From Saccostrea echinata (taxonomy: Eukaryota): a stretch of 64,000 bases of DNA. Location of the stretch: positions 3,658,001 to 3,722,000 of the forward strand of contig NW_026889783.1 in the NCBI RefSeq assembly GCF_033153115.1. The letters are read 5' to 3'. This document shows positions 13,101-26,403 of this stretch, one piece after another (position 1 is the first letter of the stretch; each line of letters opens with the position of its first letter). The translations under genes were made by a program, and so were the position numbers. Under the pieces are notes generated by a model. It made no database searches, was not told the DNA's origin, and saw nothing but the letters and a program-made list of their open reading frames with translations.

Positions 13101-14428
13101 CTTGGTCATCTACAGTGTATGTTGGTGAGTAGCACTGAATCAGTTACTTTCCATCCTTTAGAGTGGAATTTTGCTGTTATTATCCTTGTTGAGATTGGTT
13201 CCCATTCTATCAGTCCCACTTGCTGAAGCTGAGGACATTGTGATGGTAACTCCTTCTGTGTGTTCGTAGTTTTCATCTGCATGTCCAGAGTAGATGATTG
13301 TTTCTCCACTAGTCTGTGTAGACATGCCAGTTCCATTCCATCTGCTTTCACATATTCCAAGAAGTTGGATTTTGTACCTCCTCATCTCTTGGGCTACCTG
13401 GACTGCCTTCCCCGTTTCGAACATGGTTTTCACATTCCAGGTCCCTATCCTTGTTACTGCTTTCATTGTCATATCTTTTGGTTGACTGGTTTCCATATGG
13501 CTTTCACCAGTCTGTGTCTTACAACCTCTAGGTCTCCCTGAATTGAGCATTGGATTTCTTCTGTTGCTCTGGTTTCTGTAGTGGGGAGAGGTTTTACATG
13601 ATAGGATTGCTAATCCTATGCAAATCCCCCTGAACCCAGAGGACCAATGGTTTTCTGTTGGGGTTTTCCTTCCCCTAGTCACAGGTACTAGTTATTTAAA
13701 GGTGCTGGAGACTTGCCTTTTGCCACTGTCACTTAGCTACCAAAAGCATTCCAGGACCACCAACAAGGGGGGGGGGGGGGGTGGACATGTGGCTTGCTGG
13801 CAGAACCTATTTCAGATGGTAGGCATTAACTTGAGGTTTTGATAATGTAACTTAGTGATATTGGTTTCATTCCTCAAGACCTTTACCAGCCTTTTGGTAC
13901 CGGTGGGTGTTTAAATTCATACAAATATAAAGTTTGTCTTCATATATTTAATGACCTTCTACATGCATTTTATTCACAGTTTTATTAATTTGCTATTTTA
14001 TCTACAGCAAAAACTAAGATCTCAGGTTATTTTCCCTGTACTGAAGGTTAAGTCAAATGAGCAATTATAATATTGTTACAAGTTTTTATGCCCCTGTAAT
14101 TGAAGATTCGGGGGCATATAGTTTTTGCCCTGTCCATCTGTCTGTCTGTCTGTTTGTTTGTTTGTCTGCAAAAACATTAACCTTGCCCATAAGTTTTGAT
14201 TGGTTGGAGCTATGGCTTTCATATTTCACATGTGTATTTCTTGTTACAAGACCTTTCTTTGGGTACCATCACATTTGACCTTGACCTTGGAGATTCAGCT
14301 TTTGCAAAATTTTGTGAGACTTTGACCTTGGCCATATTTTTTGAACAGTTGGTGCTTGGGCTTTCAAACTTCATATGTGTAATCCTTGTGACAAGATCTT
14401 TCTTTGGATACCAACACCTTTGACCCAT

Positions 14429-14459
<31 letters not shown>

Positions 14460-17400
14460 GAAAAAAACTTTAACCTTGGCCATAACTTTTGACCAGTTGG
14501 TGCTATGGCTTTCATACTTCACATGTGTATTCCTTGTGACAAGACCTTCCTTTGGATACCAACAACTTTGACCTTTGACCTTGGAGTTTGACCTACTTTA
14601 ATTTTGAAAAATTTTAACCTTGCCCATAACTTTTGATTGGTTGGAGCTGTGGCTTTCATATTTCACATGTGTATTTCTTGTGACAAGATCTCTCTTAACT
14701 ACCAACATCATATTTGACCTTTCAACCTTGACCTTGGAGTTTGACCTGCTTTTGCAAAATTTTATGAGACTTTAACCTTAGACATAACTTTTGAACAATT
14801 GGTGCTTGGGCTTTCAAACTTTACATGTGTATTTATTGTTTAAGACCTTTCTTTGGATACCAATAACTTTGACCCTTTCCTTGACCTTGGAGTTTGACCT
14901 ACTTTTGAAAAAAAACTTTAACCTTGGCCATAACTTTTGAACAGTTAGAGCGAGGGCTTTCATCCTTCACATGTGTATGCCTTTTGAAAAGACCTTCATT
15001 TGGATACCAACAACTTTGACCTTTTGACCTTGACCTTAGAGTTTGACCTACTTTAATTTTGAAAAAACTTAACCTTGGCCATAACTTTTTAACAGTTAGT
15101 GCTAGGGTTTTCATACTTCACACGTGTATTCCTTGTGACAAGACCTTCCTTGGATACCAACATCTTTGACCTTGACCCTTGACTCTTGAGTTTGACTTAC
15201 TTTTGAAAAACTTTAACCTTGACCATAACTTTTAAACATTTGGTGCGAGGGCTTTCATACTTCACATGTGCATTCCTTGTGACAAGATCTTCCTTTGGAT
15301 ACCAACAACTTTGACCCTTTGACCTTGACCTTGGAGTTAGACCTACTTTGGAAAAACTTTAACCTTGGCCATAACATTCGAACGTTTGGTTCTAGGGCTT
15401 TCACATTTCATGAACATGTGTATCACTTGTGACAAGACCTTCCCTTGGGCACCATTTGACCTTGACTTTGACGTTTTACTTACTTTTAAAAAAACTTAAA
15501 CCTTCGCCATAACTTTTCAACAGTTGGTGCTATGGCTTTCATATTTCACAAGTATATTCCTTGAGACAAGACCTTTCTTTGGGTACCAACATTTTTGATT
15601 TCTTGACCTGGAGTTTGACTTGCATTTGAGGAACTTTAACCTTTCCCACAAACTGTTATATGGGGACATCAGTGTTTCACAAACACATCTTGTTTTTTAC
15701 TCTCTTTCCTTTCATTTAATATAACTTGCTCATTAATTTTAAAATAAAACTTTACATGAAGTTTTTGATTTGGTAGCAAATCATATTGCTAATAATATGA
15801 TTAATATATTAATTCTTTGAAGGGTAACCCAATAGAAAGAGATAGAATGTACCAGACTGACATCTTGAAGGAAACCAGTATAAAAACCCTGGACAATATA
15901 GCTGTCCGTCCACTACCTAAACCCACAGTCAGTGTGAGTATATGAACTAGGGATTCCACAGAACACTCCGACAGAATAGAGTTTCTCACTAATCTATCAC
16001 ACATTCATTTTGTGCTACATACTAAGGAATCATTGTATTTTATGGATGGTTAGGCCTGTATTTCATTGTAATCCTTTTACTCATGAACTTTATCATAACA
16101 ATGCCTTTACATATGAAATATATCCCTAGCAGTAAATTTAAAAATCAACAAAACTGATCCCACATATTAAAGTGATTCTATATTATTAGAGTAAAAAAGA
16201 ATTTATTGTATACTGGTAATTACAATCTTTGTACTAGGTAGAACATGATCCCGGTGCTAGTAGACACATTCAGAACATCAACGCATTAAAAGATGCAGCC
16301 AAACAGGCATTTGAAGAACGTATGAAAGAATCCAGAGCCAAGATGGACGAGAACATCAACTTTCTACAAAGGAGGATTGTGTAGGATTTAATTTTATGTT
16401 ATAGCACAATTGTTTTGGTGCATATGTATGTAAGTACATTATAGTACATTGAGGTATTTTTAAGTGTTATTTTGGGCACAAGCTTTGATATTGATCTTCA
16501 ACTTGTTTTGTCTGAATGTCTACAACAGGAGTCTACAAAATGAATACTTGGATTATGAGGAAAAGTTAAAGACAGATCTGGAAGCTTGTTTGAGGTGAGG
16601 CATTCCTTGAGGACAATCCGGATCATTCCACTTCTTGGATATTATAATTAATATATCAGAATGTTTGATTATTTCTTTGTATGTTCAGATATCTGGACAA
16701 TTTATCTGCCACTGAATCATCAGGAGTACACAGAGATCATATCAGAGATAGCATTGGCACACCACATGGCAAAGTCTGGCAGGTCAGTGACTGCACACTG
16801 AATAAATCTACAGCTCTTTTTTATATTACTTGTCATCACTAAAACTGGTGAAGTATTTATCCAACAACTGAAAAGAAGTGAGGGTATTAAAAAGTTTGAA
16901 TTGGTTTGACAGATTTTGATACATTGACTTTTGTAGGGGAGAAAACATCACCATCACCACCATCCAAAGACAGACTACTCCAGTATCAAGGACACAGATA
17001 GGGTAGGTATATGTAGGTGTATGACATAGTGTTAATAAGACAGACTACTCCAGTATCAAGGACAAGATAGTGTAGGTGTATGACATAGCAGTAATAAGAC
17101 AGACTACTCCAGTATCAAGGACACAGATAGGGTAGGTATATATAGGTGTATGACATAGTGTTAATAAGACAGACTACTCCAGTATCAAGGACACAGATAG
17201 GGTAGGTACATGTAGGTGTATGACATAGCGATAATAAGTATTATAAATCTAGGATTTTAAATGTGAATCGTTTTCATGATTTTTGTCTGGAAAGATATTC
17301 ATGGATTATGTTCAGTCATCTCTTTGTTAATTCTTTGTAATATCTGAAGTTATTTAGAACAATAGCAAATTAATTAATCGTATTATATTACTGTTCATTA

Positions 17401-17782
17401 AATTATCATTTTACATATTTAAGTACATACGAAATGACTAAATATTTCAAGTATTATAATGTTCTAATACTTTACAACATATCTGTTTACTAAAAAAAAA
17501 ATACATTCAAGTCAAATAAAGATGTGAATATCATTATCACATAGTTTGCTTTGATTCTACATTTTTACAACAAAGCCACAAACCGTGTTAGATGTTTAAG
17601 ACAAATATTATGCTGTAAATTTTGAATTTTATTCCTACTGAAGTAAATTCAAAATAACATGACAGAAAGATAGACATTACATTGCTTTCATAAAGCATTG
17701 CACTCAATTCTTGACTTCGTTATTTGTGTATTTTCAGCTGCTACAGTTTGCTTCAAAAGAACTTTCACGAGAGGGCACATGA
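10108..17782 (+). CDS. Leucine-rich repeat protein (SDS22-type repeats, LRR cap, C-terminal coiled-coil and His6 run), ~411 aa
   Basis: Exons 10108-10271, 11050-11205, 11574-11763, 12062-12130, 12409-12540, 15823-15933, 16238-16380, 16529-16594, 16689-16782, 16937-17002, 17738-17782 (TGA), all GT-AG and phase-consistent. Repeats include LRELNASLNKI, LYSLNLSHNSISQIENL, LVELNLSMNELEDI, LQILNLNNNKIKSLDGV, LQILNLSGNRI, and LDVLSLHGNPI followed by the IKTLD cap. Confidence 0.88.
10497..10925. mobile_element. Fold-back (whole-length palindromic) MITE with TTAA target-site duplication
   Basis: Left arm CAGGTTGGGACCAATCGCCCAAATGGGATATAAT... is the reverse complement of right arm ...ATTATATCCCATTTGAGCGATTGGTCCCAACCTG. 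Pairing continues to a central GAAGTTTAGGAACTTC (~10701-10716). TTAA at 10493-10496 and 10926-10929. Confidence 0.85.
12721..13770 (-). mobile_element. RTE-clade LINE relic: 5' UTR plus APE endonuclease joined directly to the element 3' end (RT deleted)
   Basis: Frameshifted endonuclease motifs TRIGTWNVKTM, LGICESRW, EWEPISTRII and TGDMNAKTG..MNENGELFTDFCAFNDLVI. 12721-12830 reads (minus) GQLKKAAQNRVHWRTVSEAL followed by a (TGA)n tail, typical of RTE 3' ends. Confidence 0.85.
14083..15695. mobile_element. Second HINE/Helentron-like satellite-carrying element, ~10 units of ~147 bp
   Basis: TTTTTATGCCCC start, (CTGT)n/(TTGT)n microsatellite at ~14138-14167, repeats of CACATGTGTATTCCTTGTGACAAGACC...TTTGACCTTGACCTTGGAGTTTGACCTACTTTTG, and terminal GGGGACATCAGTGTTTCACAAACACATCTTGTT. 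Confidence 0.8.
16968..17237. repeat. ~60-70-bp tandem repeat of the LRR exon-10 3' end plus donor (3 extra copies)
   Basis: AGACAGACTACTCCAGTATCAAGGACACAGATAGG|GTAGGT... occurs at 16968 (true exon) and again at ~17038 (shortened), ~17097 and ~17167. Confidence 0.92.
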
Positions 17783-18789
17783 CAGAGATTGTTTGCATCA
17801 TCACATCACACAAGCCATTATTTCTTTCACTGAGCGCAGTAGCCACATGTTCACAAAACACTGCTTAAGAAACAGAAAGTGTTTTCCTCATTTGTCCATC
17901 ACATTTATCACGTAAACCACTGAGGAACCATCATCACAGGACAGAAGCTTAATATTACATATGTAACCAGAACTAAAATATAGAATATCAAAGTTAAATA
18001 GGAAAGATAATAAAGAAGAAAAAGAATTATAGAATGTGTTTGTTGTTTTAATTATTATGATTCTTGAAAGAATTCACAGAAATTGCGCTTATACTTTTTT
18101 GTATGAGGAGAATTATAAAGACTGTATTTCACGTGATCATCGTATCATGATTCAAATTAATGATATCACCAATGCAAGTAAATGATACCAGCTATTGGAA
18201 TTGATCTCTTTGAAAGGCAATGAATACTAAAATGGCACATCAAATTTTGAGATCTATACCAAACTGAAAAATGGTGTCCCCAGGGTATAGGATATGCTGA
18301 TCATGCATTGAAGTGCATGGTATCTTTGATAAATCTAATTTTCATGCTTTTAAAAATTTAGGTTATAGTTGGCCAGGGCCTATATGAACCTCTTAAATTT
18401 CACATCAAAATTTCGATTTTCCAGATGTCAGAAAATCTTTTTCTGATATCAAACTATTTTGGCCTTTATGATAAGGTTATAACTGAAAAATTGGAAAACG
18501 TCACATTTAAAATTTAAATTCATACACTTAAGAAGATTTTTCTAGACTTGGAAAACTATCCAGCATCTAAAGCAAACAAAACTCTCCCAATTTCTGCTTT
18601 CCTTATTGCAATTACAAGGTCCACGTCTAATGAAGAAAATGAAAAATACCAAACTATCTTTTACAAACGTCAGCATAGATAAAATGAACCAAAACCACAA
18701 CCTCCAAAGGTATAATATTATACATCTTTTAGAGTCAGAGATCACGACCGAGAAAACAGAGAAGATCAAAAGAACGTATGAAAACCGAC

Positions 18790-21700
18790 TACTCTAGCGT
18801 CAGAGATACTGGCAGGGTAAGTACTTCTTCCAGTGACATCTGAACCGTAAGTACTTACAAAGTTCACTGGTGTTAAAGACAAAGCAAGTACTAACAGAGT
18901 GTCAACAGAATCAAAGACAACGATAAAATAAGTACTACCAGATAGCCACCAGCGTCAAAGTCACTGTTAGGTTATAAACTAATCAGAGTCATCAATCATA
19001 TATCAAAGACACCCCAAAACACCGTCAGGGTAAGTTTTCTGATCAAGACACGTATGGATAAGTTCTCTGATCAGATGAACATCAGGATAAGTTTTTCACA
19101 ACAGAGACCGTGGGTTAAGTTCCTAGACTTCAGAAACTTCAGGTAATTAAGTTCTATATGAGAGACAAACAGGATAGAGTCTAACGTTACATCAAAGGCA
19201 CCGGCATGGTAAGTTGTCCAATGAAAGGTACCATCAGGGTAGAGTTTCTATCAAAGACACCATAAGGATAATGTGTAAAAGGTGTAGATAAAGAAAAGTG
19301 ATCAGTCTCATAAACTATTTAATCAAATATACCGTCAAGGTGTGTTGTCTCATAAAAGAACCATGTGCATCAGTATGGTGTTAGGGTAAGTTCTGCATCA
19401 AACACACACACCAGGGTAAGTTCTGTCATTGAAGACACGTAAGGGTAAATCATTTCATCAAAGACATCTTCAAAGTAAATTCTACTTCAAAGATACTGTC
19501 AGGGAAAGTTTTCCAAATAAAGAAAACGTCAGCGAAAGTTTTCCCAACAAAGACACCTCAGAGCAAATTCTACATCAAAGACTGTCAGAGTAAATTCTCT
19601 CAAAATAAATACCGTCAAAGTTAATTCAACATCAAAATCTGTCAAAGTAAATCATATTACCAAAAGCACCATAAGAGTAAGTTTTCCCATCAAGGACACT
19701 GTCACAGTAAATTCTCTCATCAATGACTTTATCAGCTGGATACATTCTTTATCAGAGACACATTCAGGGTAAGTTCTCTCACCAAAGACACTGTCAGGAA
19801 AGTTTGATAATCGGAATCACCTTCAGACTAAGATCTTCCTTCATTGAATCCATCAGGATACATTTTCTCAATGAAAACTCTGCAAGGGATCAAAGATATC
19901 TTGAGGGTAAATTGATTAAAATCACCGTCAGGGAATGTTTTCTCAATAAATACAGCGTAAGGAAATGTTCTTTCCTCAAAGACATGGTCAGGGTACGTTC
20001 TTTCATCAAACACACCGTCAGGGAATGTTCTCTCATCAAAGACACCGTCATAGTACGTTCTCTCATCAAAGACACAGTCAGATGGTCTCTCATCAAATAC
20101 ACCGCCTGAGTACGTTCTCTTATCAAAGACACCGTCAGGAAATGTTCTCTCATCAAATACACCACCAGAGTACGTTCTCTTATAAAAGACACCGTCATAG
20201 TACGTTCTCTCATCAAAGACACCGTCAGGGAATTTATCTCAACAATTACACCGTCAGGTCACTCTTATCAAAGACACCGTCAGGGTAGGTTCTCTGATCA
20301 AAAACACAGTCAGGGAATTTTTCTCATCAATTTCACCGTCAGGTCACGTTCTTTCATTAAAGATTCCGTCAGGGAATATTCTTTCATCTAAGACACCGTC
20401 AGATTATGTTTTCACCAAAGGCACCGACATGGAAAGTTCTCTCATTAAAGACACCGTCAGAGTACGTTCTGTTATCAAAGACAGCGTCAGGATACGTTCA
20501 AAGACACCGACAGGTATGTTCTTTTATCAATGATACAGTTAGAGAAAGTTCTTTTAATAAGGACACCGCCGGGGAAAGTTAGTATTTTAAGAAAGAAACA
20601 GTCAGGGTACTTTCTTTTATCAAAGACAAGTCAGGGTACGTTCGTTCAACAAAGATAACGTTAGATTACGTTTTTCCATGAAAGACATATCAGGGTGCAT
20701 TCTCTCAATAAGGTCTTCGACAGGGTACATCATCAGAGTACGTTCTATCACCAAAGACACAGTTAGGTCTAGTTCTTTAATCATAGTCACCGTAAAAGTA
20801 AGTTCTCTCATCAGCGACTCTATCAGGGTACATTCTCTTATCAGAGACACAGTCTGTTTTCTCTCTGTAATCAAAGACATCGTTAGGTAAGGTTTGTTCT
20901 ATCATCTTAAAGACTGATATGGTAAGCTCTCTCATTAAAGACGGCGTCAGTTTAAGTTTTCTCATTAAAGACACCATTAAGGTAAGTTCTTATCAAAGAT
21001 TATGTCAGGGTACATTCTCCATCAGTATAAGTTTTCATAAAAAACACGATCAGGGTAAACTCTCGTCAAAGACAACGTCAGGGTAAGCTCCCTTGATAAA
21101 GATACCAGTAAGATTAATTCATCAACAAAACCGTAAGGGTAAGTTAGCCGTCATGGACAGTAATGGCACCTTCAGGATAAGTTCTCTCATTAAATGCAAC
21201 GCGAGGGATATGTTCTTATGAAAGACACTGAATCGTAAGCCCCCCCCCCCCCTTCAGGATAAGTTCTCTCATCAAAGACGCCGTCGGGCAATTTCTCTAC
21301 CAAATAAAGCATCAAGATAAGCTTGTATATATATAGAAGAAACCACCATGATTTGTTTTCTAATTGAAAAATCAGATTACTTTTTGTTGGATTCCCTCAT
21401 CAAAACCACCAAAAGATAAATTTTCTCACCAAAGACTGTTAGCATACGAGGGGTGATCAAAAGGTTCGCGAACTATCTCTATATTCACAAAACCACTATT
21501 CAGATCATAATGAAATTTGGCACACATATAGTCATAAACATGTTTTATAAATAGCAGCTGTAACGTAATGTTTTGCTCCATGTTTGTGACGTCACAATAT
21601 GAAAATGACGTCAATATGTAGATGACTTGTGACAAAAAATGGCTGACTCAGTCGTACTCGAGCAACGAAAGGCTGTAAAGTTTAACGTATATCTTGGAAA

Positions 21701-24552
21701 TTCCTTTGCAGTAGCATATAATAATTTGTACAAGGTTTATGAAGACAAAAGACTTGCAGAAGTTCAGTCATTAATTGGACTGATTGTTACAGTGAAGGAA
21801 GGGAGATGGTTGAAAATAATGTTTGTTCTGGTGCTCAGTGAAAGTAAGCTGGGGAAGAGATGTGTCCTTAGTTAAGCAATTTGTTATAAAAGGTCGCAAA
21901 GTTACAGTTAGAAGTATAGCTGAGTATCTTAAGAATATTATAATTATTACATCCCTAAAATGCAGTACACTTTAGACTTTAAACATATCAAATATGATAA
22001 AAAGAAGGCGCCCATGGGTTATCCACAATGGAAAAACGACGCACCCAAGACAGAGAAGTCGGGTTTTGATGGTCACCATGCTCATTCTGGGAAAAGTTAT
22101 CCTTATCCACCCATCCTATTACCGAGATTTGGCTATTTGTGACAAATGGACTATTCTTGTTTTAAAAAATAACTTACATGGTATGAAATATAAGACTCGG
22201 AAACATCTTTTAGCCTCTGTGAACAGAGCGCTACGGAGTATGTCACGTGACCGCCTGGATCTTGTGATTCGCGCATAGGCAGAACGATGGCAGACACGCA
22301 TTAAAATTGGACAGGACTACTTAAAAAAAATAATAAAACACAGAAATCTAATTTTATTTCTTTTAAGGAAGTTATTCGATTAGTTCGTGAACTTTTTGAT
22401 CACCCCTCGTAAGTTGAACATTGAACTCTGTCATCATGATCCTACTTGAAATTCACCGTTATGGTAAATTCTGTATGAAATACAACGTCATTGTAAGTTC
22501 TCTCATCAGTGACACAGTCAGGGTAAGTTCTCTTATCAAAGACACCTTCAGGGAATGTTCTTCATCAAAGACACCGTCAGGGAATGTTCTCTCATTAAAG
22601 ACACTCTCAGGGAAGTTTAAATATCACAGACACCGTCAGGTTAGGTTCTCTCATCAATAACTTCATCAGATTAATTTTCTCTAAAATTCTCGAAAACACT
22701 ATAAGGGAATTTCTTTGTGAAAGACATCTACAGGGTAAGTTCTCTGATCAAAGTCGCTGGCAGGGTAAGTTTTACAAACTCCTTTTAAGATAAATACTAC
22801 ATCAGAGGCTCCGTCAAGGTAAGTACTACATCAGAGGTTCCGTCAAGGTGTTTTATATCAAAGGCTTCGTCAAAATAACTTCTCTCATCAAAGACACCGT
22901 CAGGGAACGTTATCTCAATAAGGACTTTGTCAAGGTATCCTCTTATCAAAGACGTTTTAAGGTAAATATTTCTTAAAAAGACAGTCAGGGAAAGTTCTCT
23001 CATCCAAGAGTAAAGGTCAGTTCTATAGTCATAGTCACCGTAAAAGACTATATCGGGAAACATCATCTCACCAAGACAATGTCATTGTAGTACTTTCATC
23101 AAAGAAATCGACAGGGTAGGTGTGATCACCAAAGACACTGACAGGATAATTTTTTTTATCATCCAAGACAAGTCAGGGTAAGTTCTCTTTTCAAAGAAAC
23201 CGATCAGGGAAATTCTACGTAAAAGACACGGTCCGGGTACATTTTCTCAACCAAAACAGCGTGAAAATAAGTTCTATCATTAAAACATCTAACAATCAGG
23301 GTAATTTCTAGGTCTGAGTAAGTTTTCTCATAAGATTGGTTACGTTATCATCAAAGACACCGTCAAGTTAAGTTATCACGAAATGCACCATAAAAGTAAA
23401 TTCTCTCTCATCAAAGACACAATTAGTTTAAGTTCTCATTAGCAATGTCAGGGTAAATTCTCCATCAGTGTATGTTTTCATCAAAGACTGGTAAGTTCTC
23501 ATCAAAGACAATGTCAGGGTAATTTTCCTCGTTAAAGACACTGTCAGGGGAAATTCTCATCAAAGAACTGTAAGGTCTCCGTCAGAGTAAGTTTTCTCAT
23601 CAAAGACACTGTAAGAGTGAGTTCTCTCTCAGGGTAAGTTCTCTCATCAAACATACTTTTAAATTTTTCATCAAAGCCAATGTCAGGGTAAGTTCCCTAT
23701 TATGTTTTTATCAAGTTCACGATCAGGGTAAATTCTCATAAAAGATAATGTCAGGGTAATTTCATTCGTAAAGACATCGTCAGGGTAAGTTCTCATCAAA
23801 CAACCGCAAGGGCAAGTTCTTCGTCAGGGTAATTTCTTTCATCAGACACACCGTTAGGATATATTTTCTCAATAAGGGCACCGTCAGTGACAGAATCAAG
23901 GTAAGTTCTTTCATCAAAGACACCGTTAGGATAAGTGCTGTTGAAAAACAACGTAAGCCAGTTAGTTCTCTTATCAAATACACCTTCAAAGATACCGTCG
24001 GGATAAATTTTTACAACAAAACTTTGTCAAGGTAAGTGCTACATTAAAGACTCCTTTTGAGTAAGTTCTCTTATCAGTGACATCGTCAGTGTTAATTCTC
24101 TCATCAAAGACAACGTCAGCGTAAGTTTTCTTTTCAAGGACACCGTCATGGTAGATTCTACATCAAATACACCGTCAAAATAAGGTCTCTCTTCAAAGAC
24201 ACTGTCAAGGTAACACATCGTTAGGGTAAATTCTTGTAACAAGGACACCGTCATGGTAGATTCTACATCAAATACACCGTCAAAATAAGGTCTCTCTTTA
24301 AAGACACTGTCAAGGTAACACATCGTTACGGTGAATTCTTGTAACAAGGACACTGTCAAGGTAAGTTCTTGCATCAAAGACACGTCAGGGTAATGTTCTC
24401 ATTAAAGGTATTGTTAGGGTAAGTCCTATCATCAAAGAAGCCGTCAGGGTAATTTCTATATCAAAGAAACGTCAGGCTTATGTTCTTATCAAAGGCACCG
24501 TCAGTGTAAGTTCTATCACCAAAGACACTGTCAGGGTAAGGTTCTAGATCAA
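18790..24552. repeat. Degenerate 30-bp minisatellite/satellite array (~5.7 kb including the mariner insertion)
   Basis: Consensus approximately CAAAGACACCGTCAGGGTAAGTTCTCTCAT. The 30-bp period is clearest at 20010-20230, with a higher-order ~100-bp duplication at ~24135-24350. It explains the many low-complexity ORFs in the track. Confidence 0.92.
21447..22409 (+). mobile_element. Mariner (Tc1/mariner) DNA transposon, decayed and internally deleted
   Basis: ~29-bp TIRs CGAGGGGTGATCAAAAGGTTCGCGAACTA / TAGTTCGTGAACTTTTTGATCACCCCTCG and TA TSDs at 21445-6 and 22410-1. Transposase remnants EQRKAVKFNVYLGNSF (N-terminal HTH) and HPSYYRDLAICD (decayed HPPYSPDLAPxD). Confidence 0.92.
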
Positions 24553-26403
24553 AGTCTTCGAGTCCAGAGGGCACCAACACATGAAGACAAAGAAGTCGAA
24601 TATATGGGTTAAAAAAATACCCAAGTCTGTGTTTGATGATAGACATTTCGTTTCTTGACCAAACCAAAAGAAAATGACAAATTTATTGACTCAATTAGAT
24701 ACCTAGTACATGTAACTAAAGCATTGTATAATCCATTGTATGTAAATCTTCGCTAGCCATAACATTTTCGATCCGCTTTGCATCTAACAAACGTTTATTG
24801 GGAGCGGTGCTGTCGAAACCCCTTTGCATAGCAAAGATGACGAGGTAGGGTGCATAAAAAGATGTCATCCAAAACAGTCTTTCTGTGTTAAGCTTTCAGT
24901 CGACATCATCTTATCCATTTTATGAATCTAGGTGTGTACTACTGAAAAGTGAAATATGAATTTACGATGTCATTCTCAGTATGTAGATAGCTTTTACACC
25001 TCGTAAACACAGAGTTTGACATTTTTTCTGACAAATTTCCTGAACTCTTATTTGGGGATTATATTTAGTGTTTCGCTATATGATAATAACAAAATTGATG
25101 CATTTACATATTTCATCCAAAATGCACACAGAGACGGGGCACATCCACTTTCTCACTTTTAATGTGATTATGTATTGAATTTTTTGGACATGTTTTTCGC
25201 AACAATGGTACTGTATTACTTTAGAAGAATCTGATTTTCTTTCAGATGCTGTCTTATGCAGCCCATGAACTTTTTCAGGAAAACATGAAATCTAATTATT
25301 GATGATATCTATAAAACGAAATGTTTATTTACAAAAATAAAAGAAAATGAAATGACCTCATTTTCCTCTGGCTTTATGAATGTATTTCCGTTCTTTGATT
25401 ACGTATCAATCAACAATTTCTTCAAATCAATTAACGTATTGACAAATAAATCGTTGCTCAACTATTTTTCTAGCTACTATAGATACAAATTCTTCAAATT
25501 AAGTTTCTTAGGAGGGGGATTAGTAGCACTAGACAGGGACATATTTATTTTCTCGCCAGTTGAGGACAGATTCTTATTTTCAACATTTTCTCTGACAGAG
25601 TGTTTATTAACAAAATAGGCCACCTCTTCTCAAAATCAAAGGGTCTTCCCCTTACCAAGATGATGTATGATTTCATAATTTTTGGTGAATGCATTTTGGA
25701 AAAAATCCACCCTTAAATATGATATTTACAATATTGAATCATTGCTAGTCTTAATCATTAGCTCATTCCTACACCTTTTAGATGAGGTAGGCATTGAAAA
25801 TCAGTTTGTTATCCTAAAAGCTGCTTTACAGAGAAACTGAATCAGTTCTAAGGTTCTCGATCAGTAGACGAGTTTAGTGATCAGTTTAGTGATGAACACT
25901 AAACACAGGAAATCATTCGACCCAAAGTTAATTTAAAATCTAGTTGAACAAACACTTACGAGATTGGGTTAACATAGAAGGATGTTGATGCCGAGGAGTC
26001 AAAAGTTTAATTGTAAGGAAGTATACACTGAATGTTTTCCGCGGCTTTGGAGAAACACACGACATAAGATAATCAACAAAATTGAGTGCGGCTAGAGAGT
26101 GAATGATTTACAGAGAAAATAATATGTTTTATTTGCATATCCATCGTCAATGTTATCAAGGACATTCAATAAAAAGTTACATAAAATCTAACAAAAGCAC
26201 ACACACACGTAAAGAAAAAGGTTTTCCTATCAAAATGTATGCCATGAAACGAAAAAATCACAGATTTTTTTTTTGCTTCACATATTTAATGCAGATTTTT
26301 TATTTTTATTGAAATGTTTTTTTTTTAAATCGTTCGCTTCTATGGATGTAAAACACTCGTGAAAAAAAATGCTCGCCAGTGGTGCTTCTCAACAGAAAAC
26401 GCG

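Noticed and set aside
12212-13132. Long ORFs 12212-12607(-) and 12572-13132(+) as genes
   Set aside because: They are antisense to an LRR exon and to the RTE relic respectively, with no recognisable protein.
18790-24552. CRISPR-like array or repetitive protein gene in the 30-bp repeat region
   Set aside because: Units are contiguous and degenerate with no unique spacers and no cas genes, in a eukaryotic context. ORFs are short, occur on both strands and are by-products of a period divisible by three.
24760-24910. Locally GC-richer stretch as a possible exon
   Set aside because: No consistent splice signals or recognisable translation in any frame examined.
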